Below, piece by piece: positions 1 to 9,100 of a stretch of DNA of 64,000 nucleotides (position 1 is its first letter; each line of letters starts with the position of its first letter). Under the pieces are notes generated by a model, which saw only the letters and a program-made list of their open reading frames with translations, made no database searches and was not told where the DNA came from. Source of the stretch: a virus; IMG/VR virus record IMGVR_UViG_3300044970_002959, positions 14,717 through 78,716 of that record; one strand, 5' to 3'. Position numbers and translations under genes: made by a program.

Positions 1-1
1 T

Positions 2-97
2 AAGCCCTTTACTGATGACGACGGTAATCCGATTTTAGAAGATGGAAATAAGGATGATAACACAAAACAGACAGAAGAGCCAAAAGCGTCCGAATAA
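2..97 (+). CDS. 3' end of upstream gene (acidic C-terminus; position suggests a tail assembly chaperone), partial
   Basis: Frame 2 reads KPFTDDDGNPILEDG...KASE* to TAA at 95-97, directly upstream of the tape measure gene. Confidence 0.55.
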   Translation, partial: KPFTDDDGNPILEDGNKDDNTKQTEEPKASE

Positions 98-127
98 TAT
101 TGCGTCACTTTTTTTAAATAAGCAAAG

Positions 128-159
128 AGACATCATGATGTATTTCGTGGTGTCTTTTT
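128..159 (+). terminator. Putative intrinsic terminator/attenuator hairpin before the tape measure gene
   Basis: AGACATCATGA (128-138) pairs with TCGTGGTGTCT (145-155) using two G-U pairs; 6-nt loop; followed by a T run. Confidence 0.55.
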
Positions 160-177
160 GATTTTATGGAGTAATTA

Positions 178-3100
178 ATGGCCGCATTTAATCTTACAGC
201 AGAACTAAATATTAGAGGGCCGTCGAACCTAAATAGGGTTGTTGCGGATATACGCAGACAGCTTTCCACAGTTTCTTTAGATGTTAATATAAACCCCAAT
301 ACTTCTAGGGGTATACAAGCAGTAACTAGAGACGTAAGAGATTTAAGTGCCGCATTAAGAGATGCTCAGTCTAATGCTGTTGCGCTTGGGGCCGCATTGA
401 GGGGTATTGGTGGCAGTTTTAATAATTTGTCATCATCTGTTAACAACATAGGTAATAGTCTTGGTAGAGTAAGCACATCATCTACTGCTGTGTCCACCAG
501 TATAAAAGCGGCATCGTCAGAAATGGCAGAGTTCGGTAAGCAGTCAGCTTTGGCTATTAGAAGATTTGCTGCGTTTAGCGTAGCGACGGGCGCTGTTTAT
601 ACACTAGGAAAGGCTATCGCATCAGCATATTCTGAATTCGTAACATTCAATCAAGAGTTTGTTAGACTACAACAGGTAACAGATACTACCAAGGCTGGTC
701 TAGGTGGATTAGCTTCTGAGATTACAAGATTATCGACCAACTTAGGCGTTAGCTCTTCGGAGCTGTTAAATGTGTCGGTAACACTAGCTCAGGCAGGCTT
801 AAGCGCCGGAGAAACAAAGCAGGCATTAGAAGCATTAGCTAAATCAGCACTCGCTCCGTCGTTCGATGGCCTTAACGAAACTGTCGAGGGAAGTATCGCT
901 TTGATGAGACAGTTCGGCATTGGTGCTGGAGAACTTGAATCCGCTCTTGGATCGGTAAACGCCGTTGCTGCAAAATTCGCCGTAGAAGCCAGCGATATTA
1001 TTACTGCTATTCAAAGAACCGGTGGTGTGTTTGCCGCTGCTAGTCAAGGAGTAAGTCAGGGGAAAGATGCTCTCAATGAGTTCTTGGCAGTATTTACAAG
1101 TGTAAGAGCCACTACTCGTGAAAGCGCAGAAACTATCGCTACCGGTTTAAGAACTATTTTTACCAGAATACAAAGAACATCCACAATAGATTCTCTAAAA
1201 GAGTTTGGTATTACTCTAACTGATTTAGAAGGTAAGTTCGTCGGTCCTTTTGAAGCGATTAGGAGACTCTCTGATGGTCTTAGAACACTAGATCCTAGAG
1301 ATCTAAGATTCTCCGAGATAGTGGAAGAGCTTGGTGGTTTCAGACAGATCGGTAAGGTTATTCCTCTTATCCAACAGTTTGCTACAGCGCAACAAGCTCT
1401 TTCTGTTGCCCAAAAGGGTTCGGGATCGCTCGCTAATGATGCGGCTACAGCCCAAGAAGCACTTGCTGTGAGAATAACAAAAGTTAGAGAGCAATTCATA
1501 TCTCTAGTAAGAGACATAGGACAAAGCTCAAACTTTCAAGCGTTCGCAGACGTTTCCTTAAAGCTAGCCAGCGCATTAATATCCGTAGCAGATGCTGCTA
1601 AAGATGTGCTACCCGCTCTTGCTGCTATTACCGCTATTAGGGGTGTTGGCGCTTTGGGTCAGTTTTTTGGTGGTTTTAGCGGAGGAGTAAGTCGTCGTCC
1701 AAGAGGTTTTGCTACTGGTGGCGTTGTTCCTGGTAGCGGAAACGGAGATACTGTTCCCGCGATGCTCACTCCCGGAGAGTTTGTTATTCGCAAAAAAGCG
1801 GTAGCAGCTATTGGTACTAGTAATTTGCATAGAATGAATAAATATGCTGGTGGGGGCAGAGTCAAAAAATTTGCTAGAGGCGGAATAGCAAATGCTCCAA
1901 TGGTAGATGATATTATTCAAACTAGCGGATCAATACTACCAAAACCATCTTCGATACAAGATCTAATAAAAGCTGGCGGTGGCGGCGTTGATGTAGATAG
2001 AACACTCATAAGAACCACAGGAGATAAAGCGTACAGTAGCGCTCCGGGGAGCTCCAAGAATGCTGTTTTATCCAAGTACTTTAGGGACGACGAGAATAGA
2101 CTAAAAGATATACAATCATCACCACTAACATCATTTGGTAGAGCACTACAACAAGCTATTCGTGCTGGAGAACTAAAGGCCGCTAACGTTAGCATTATTA
2201 GTAAGTCTCGTAGAACACGAGGCGTTCCAGAATATTTAAGTCAACTTTTTGGCATCCCAGTTCAAAATATGGTATTTACTCAAGGAGGAGACAAGCAGCC
2301 CGCTATGGATGCTATTAGGTCTAAGGGTCCAAGAGCAAACAGGGTCTCTAGATTTGCTCTGGGCGGACTGGTACAAAGATTTGCACAAAAGGGGACCGGT
2401 TCGTACAGATCTGGTACTGTTAAGCCATTAAGTCCAGAAGAGCAATCCGAACTATCTGGTTTGCTTAGTCTAGAAAAAAGATGGCAAGACTCGGGACAAA
2501 AACTAAGAGCATTTACATCCGATAAACAATCTAGATTATCCCAACTTAAGTCTCGTAAAGAATTAGGCGGCGCGCAATCAGACGAAATTATTAATGGAAT
2601 AAAGCTATCTAAAACATTCGGCGTTTCATTTTTAGAGGGTGGAGCACCAGATATCTCTGCTACCATAAGCGATGTATTGGCTAGAGGTAATGCTACTGGC
2701 GTAGACAAGCTTAGGGAATTTATCGGGAATAAACAAAAGGCTAGAGGAGCTAGAATAACAACAGACGGCAAAAGTAGTACTTTATCTCCAGGAGGTAAAG
2801 ATATTTTTGATAGACAAATTATGAATGGATTGCCAGATCTATTTGATAATGCAGTAGCCGCTTTGCCAGAGCCACTAAGACCCGGAAGAGGGCAAGTATC
2901 AACAGATCAACTAATAAGCTCCTCTGCCAGACAAGCAGTAAAGGGCTATTTTTTTGAAGCCTTTATTAGAAGAGCTAGTCAAAATCTATTATCAGATAAT
3001 GACACAACAGACGCAATTTTTGATTTTACTGGGGCTGGCAACAAGGAGGCATTAGGAAGGCTATTTGGCGGTAGATTTGTGACGCCAAATGAATTTAAGG

Positions 3101-6100
3101 TATCTCCCACTCCTGAAAATATTGCTAATGCTATTTCCAAAGCCATAGCTATTAGTTCGCCATCAGCACTCCAATACTTTAATAGTGGAGGTAGTGTAGA
3201 GGACACGGTTCCAGCGCTCTTAACCCCAGGAGAGTTTGTTATTAACAAAAGAGCGGCCTCTAGACTAGGAGCTGCAAAATTAAATCAACTTAATAAAGCA
3301 GATAAGGTCCAAGGATTCAATAAGGGCGGTGTTGTTCAAAGATTTGCTGGCGGAGGCTCGGTACTCCCAGCCAGACCCGAAAATCCCACAAGAGGAAATA
3401 CTACCGCTGTTGGCGCGGCCATAGCAGCAATCAATGAAATGTCTTCTGCTTTAGAAGCACTAGGTTTATCAGCGTCCGCTTCTTCTAGACTGATAGAGGC
3501 TGGAGGAGCTATTAGTATAGCAGTATCTGAAAGAGCGCTTCAAGCGGATGTTAATAGACTTAGAATGGCTGGCGCCTCTGCTACAGATATCTATAGAGCA
3601 GAACAACAGCTTGCTAATGTTAGAGAACAAAATGCCAATAAGCTCAATACTCAACAAATTATGAGTGGTGCTACTGGTGGTACTCTACAAGATATTCAAA
3701 CCAGAGCAGAAACCGAAAGAGAAAGACTACTAGATGAGCGCCGAACAATTATGGCCTCTCGCGGCAGAACACAACAGGAGATAGAAGAAACTCTTGCTAA
3801 TGACACCGGCTTCCAAGACCATGTTAGACGCAGAAGTTACGAAACTGCAACAACAGCAGTAACTGGGGCTCCGGCCAGAAGCATGAGAGACGCTGGCGTA
3901 ACCGGAGCAGATATCGAACAGTATGTTAATCAGAGCATGATGGACAGGAGAACCCTTGCCCAGATGGATGCTCAATTAATACGAACAAGAGAACAAGAGC
4001 TAAGAAGTAGTGCTGCTTTCGCGTCAGCATCATCTACCGAACAACGAAGAATGCTAGGAGAATTAAGAGCAAGGAATAATGAAGAAATTAGAGAGAGACG
4101 CAATATAGTTAATCAGTTGGCCAAAGACAGGGGCATGACATCTGGCTTAACTGGTGCTGTTGGTAGAGGATTTAGAACAACTGGCGCTTTGTTCGGTATG
4201 GGTACATTTGCTGAAAATGAGAATGTTCCTGGTGGTGGTATGGGTGGTAGACTGAATAGATTTAGTGCTGGCGCGCAAAGAGCTGGTTTGGGCTTGAGTT
4301 TGGCTGGTGGTATGATAGGCAATACTATTGGCGATGCGATAGGAGGCAAAACCGGAGCTGGAATAGGTGCCGCAACATCTGCTTTTGCTAGTAGTGTTGG
4401 AGTTGGCGCTATGTTTGGTCCTGTAGGCGCTCTTGCCGGTGTTGTTACCGGAGCAACAGCAGCTATCAAAGCATGGACAGATGCTGTATCCGATGCTACC
4501 CTAGCAGAAGAAGCTAGTAAAACAGAGAAAGCATCCATTAAGATACAAAAAGGTTTTGAAAAACTAGAAAAAAGTACCACAAACGCAGAATCTTCTTCTC
4601 TTATCAAAGATATTGTGGATAATCTTAGAAGCACATCTGGTAGCTTTTCTAGGTCTGTAAATAGCACCACAGACAAGATTGCTCCCGCATCGGGCTGGTC
4701 TGGCTTTTTTGCAGACCTTGGTAATTCCACAGCTAATATCACATCAGAAATAGCATCACAGGGTTTTGAGTCTTTAGGAAACATACTCAAGTCCGGATTG
4801 AATCTGACTGGCTTAACCAATATGCCTATTCAAGACACACCAGCTAATTTTAACGGCTTCAGAAGAGAAATAGACACAAATCAACTAGGTAAAGAAATAG
4901 CAGCATTAGCTCGAAATAGTCAAGTTAATAGAGACCTACCACAATTGTTTGAACAAGGATTACGCAAAGGTAGAACATTCGAGCAAATATCTGCCGAAAT
5001 TGGACCAGACTCTCTTGCTTCTATGAAGGAAATATTTGCTGTTTCTCAAGGCAATGAGACGATAACAAGTTTGATGGCAGATAGATCCGCCGCTAGACAA
5101 CAGCTTTCTCAGGCCGATACCGATGAGGATAGAGACAGGATAAAGAGAAGAATAGATAATCTTAATAAGTTAATTAGACGTATAGCAGAAGAATCGTTTA
5201 ATAATGATATTAAGAAGAGTATTGTTGATAAAATAGCAGCAGAAAAGAAACTAGAACAAGCAGCAGCATCCGCAACCGTTCGCATAAATTTATTTGCTAG
5301 TGTGTTAAACGACATATCTTCCGCAGTTAATAAGGCTGGTGTGGATTTCCAGGCAGCTCAAAGACAAATAGAAATTAATCTTGGGAGTGCATTTGGAGAT
5401 CAGGTTCAGATGGCTGGCCCAGACAGAAGAAACGAAAATGTATTGGAGAATATGAGTGCTTATTCTGTTGAGGCTATTAGATCAGAGATTGGTAAGATCG
5501 GGTCTGATCTTAAGTTTAATCCGGCTGTGGTTCAAGAGGCTCAGTCGGCAGCCACGAATAAGAAAATTTTAGAAACAGAATTACCGAAAATACTATCAGA
5601 AATTGCGGCTAAAGAAAAGAAGGGCTTCGACCCAGAAGGATCTGCTGCTCAAGTTATTAGAAATAGACTGTCCACAGTGCTAGAGGGGAAGGTAGATGAT
5701 CCTAATGCTATAATTAGTAATGTAATAGCTAAAATCACAGAAAAAATCCAAACCAATTCTAGACAGGGACTAACAGTAGAGGAATTATCTAAAGACAATA
5801 ATGCTATTAATGAAATATTGAGCTCTGATACTAAAACACTAGAAATATTTAATAATCTAATTAAAATGGCCAATGATCAAGTGGCCGCACTAACAGCCTC
5901 ATTTAATAGATTTTCTGGCCAACTAAATAGATTTTCAGAACTACAAATACAAAAAGAAAATATCGGAATAGAAGGAGAAAATCAGTTAACACAAGCTCTG
6001 GGTGGAAATCTTAGCTTGTTTGATATGAATGAACCTTTTGAGAATGCTATAGATATTCTTACTTCCAGAATCGGTGCTGATGGAAGACCAGCTAGAGGCA

Positions 6101-9100
6101 CAGGAACACTAGACCCAGCACAAATAATGCAAAGAATGCTTGAGAAAGAAGCAGAAGCGGCAAATATTCAAAAACAACTAGATCAAGAGAGGCCATCTGT
6201 TGATAGTGCTAGATTCAAAGAACTAAATTCTTCTCTGGCCAGAACAACAGCAGAGGCCAGAAATCTACAAACAGCCCACCAGAAACTAGCAACAGACTCT
6301 AGTAGAGCCTCCAACGCTCTTGCTAAAATTGGTGAGATTAGACAGCAGAACGAAAATAGACAATCGATGTTTTTAGAAATATTGAAAAATGCGAACAACC
6401 CAGAATGGCAAATGGAGTTCATCAATAGCGTTGATAACTATCAAAGAGTTATGGCTGGGCAAAATGTTGGGCCGGATGGATGGGCCAGTGCGGTTCAGGG
6501 CTTAGAGAATGCTCTAAGAGCAAATCCAAGAGATGCCAAAGACATACAGGAAAAATTTATACAGAATGCTGCGAATCTACAAGGACTAGATAAAAATTTC
6601 GTTCAAAATATGATGAATTCAATAGGTATTGGGCTTGGAGAACCATCACCAGAGATGAAGGGATTGATAGATGAATTCTATAGATTTAATGAGGTGCAAC
6701 AAGAGGCCATTAATCAGTCGGCAGAAAGGATTATTACTGCCGGTAAAGAATTTTTAACAGCTGTTAATCAGGCTGGCGCGAATTGGAACGCTACTGTTGG
6801 TGCTGGTGGACAAAGAGATCCTTCGGTAGTTAAACCAGCGAATCCACCACGGCTCGCTCGTGGCGGAGTTGTATATGCTCAAGACGGTGGACATATGGTT
6901 AATTTCCAACCAAGAGGAACCGATACTGTTCCAGCTATGTTAACTCCCGGTGAGTTTGTTGTTAATCGCAAAGCTGCTGCTAAGAATATGGGTCTTCTTA
7001 AGGCTATTAATAGTGGAGCTAAGGGTTATAGTAGGGGGGGTATTGTTTACCTACAACAAGGTGGCTATGTTCCTAAAGACACTACAATTGATGCAGATGC
7101 TAAGGCATTAGAAGTAGAGATGAATACTGAATATGCTGCTGTTGATCAAAAAATAGCAGAAAATGATGCATTAATGGCTTTATTAAGGAGTGACTATGCT
7201 AATATACCAGAAGGTCCTCAAAAAGAAGCTATTCTAGAGAAGATAAGACAAACATATGTTGCAAATGGCGAATTACAAACCCAAAGAAAACAAATCGAGG
7301 AATCTTTTATACCAAGAATGGACCAAATTAGAGAAAGAAGAGATTTAGAAAGGGACAGAAGAATAGCTGGTACTGGTGAATTAAATATGTTCGATATGGA
7401 GTCTCTAGATACTACTGATATTCCGGGAGATGAGCTTCGTTTCAAAGGAATGGATTTTGCCACTGGTAGGGTTGATCTTAATAGGTTGACACTCGAAGAA
7501 CAGAAACAATACGAAACATATCAAGCAGAGGTAGAGAAGAGAAAACAAGCAAGAATACAAAAGGCAAAAGATCGCGTTGCGTCCGTAGACGGACCTCCAG
7601 CAGCCACATCATCAGCACCACAACAAGAACCCGAACTCACCAAAGACTTCTTAATTGGTGGTTACAAACCAAAACCCATTGGTATGGGACCAGACTCAAA
7701 TAAGCCCGATAGCGGAAAACCACCAATTCAAAGAGGTCCTTACGACCCAAATAAACCGGATGACGGCAGGCCAGCAATGGAGATGTTGTCTGGTTCTGAT
7801 GTAACGCCAGAAGAAAGAATAGCTGCTAGAAGAAATGCTGCTAGGCAAGCATACTTAGCAGATAAAAACCAAAAGAGAGCCAACTTCTTAGCAAACAACC
7901 CTTTCTATGCAAAGAAAGAACAAGAAAAACAACAGAGAGCACAACAAGAGCAAAAAGATGCTCTAGCATGGAAACAAAAACAGTTAGGACCAAATGCCAA
8001 AATCAGCTCAGAAGAAACACAAGACATTATTAAAGAGCATAGGGCAATGAAGAGGGAGGAGAGAGCCAAGAAGGAAAGACTAGCTACCTATGGCACGGAA
8101 GACAAATTAAGTCCAGAAAAAGCTAGAGAAATATTAGATGAAAAGAGGGGCGCTGCATTAGCAAAAAGATTCGGATGGAAAGCAGACTCTATTGCTGGAA
8201 CTTATGAGGGAGGAGACCGTCTTGAGCCACAAGAAGTAACTAGATTACCGGCTAAAGATAGGGAGCTTTTAACGCAATATCAAAATGCCCAAATAGCAAA
8301 AGCAGCAGAAGCAGAAAGAAATAAGAAAAAATCCGAAATGGTTGCTGCTAGAGAGAAAGAAGACGCAACATTTAGAGCCTCTTTAGATAAAAAAGCCGAA
8401 GAAAGTATGGCTACCTATAGGAGCAACAAAGCAAAAGAAACCCAGCTACAGCAAGAGGCAGATAAAAAGAAACAAGAAGAAGCTGGCGCTGCTGCTATAG
8501 CAAAAAAGGCAGCTGATGAAAAGAGACTACAAGATAGTATCAAGGCACAAAATGCTGAGTACGAAGCTCAAAAACTAGCAAAAGAACAGAAAAAACTCAA
8601 AGAGGAAGCAGAAGCCAGAGACCTTAAAGAAGCACAAGTAACAGCAGTAGAGAATGCCGTACAAATAGATCCTGTATCAAGACAGATTATTAATATTAAT
8701 CCAGATCAAGTAAACTCTAGAGTTGCTGAACTAAGAGAGAAAAAGAAGGCAAAGCTTGATCCATTTGTGGCCGGAGGCAAGCGTTCCGGAGCATCAAAAC
8801 CACGCACAGAAGCAGATTTAGCAAAAATAGACCCAGAATTTGCTCAATTAAATAAGGAACTAGAAAGAGAAGAATTAGTAAAAGCTGGTATTGATAGAGC
8901 GAGAACTAAATTTGATGAAAAGAGAGCAGAAGAGAATCTTGCCACACAAGACAGATATGAAGAATTAAAATCGCTAGCAGATAAAAATAAACTTAGTCCG
9001 CAAGACTCACAAGAATATGCTACTCTAGCAATCAAGAGAGGAGTTAAGCCATCAGAAATTGCTGGTGGCGGAGCTGTTCGTGCGGAAAGAGTTCTAAGAG

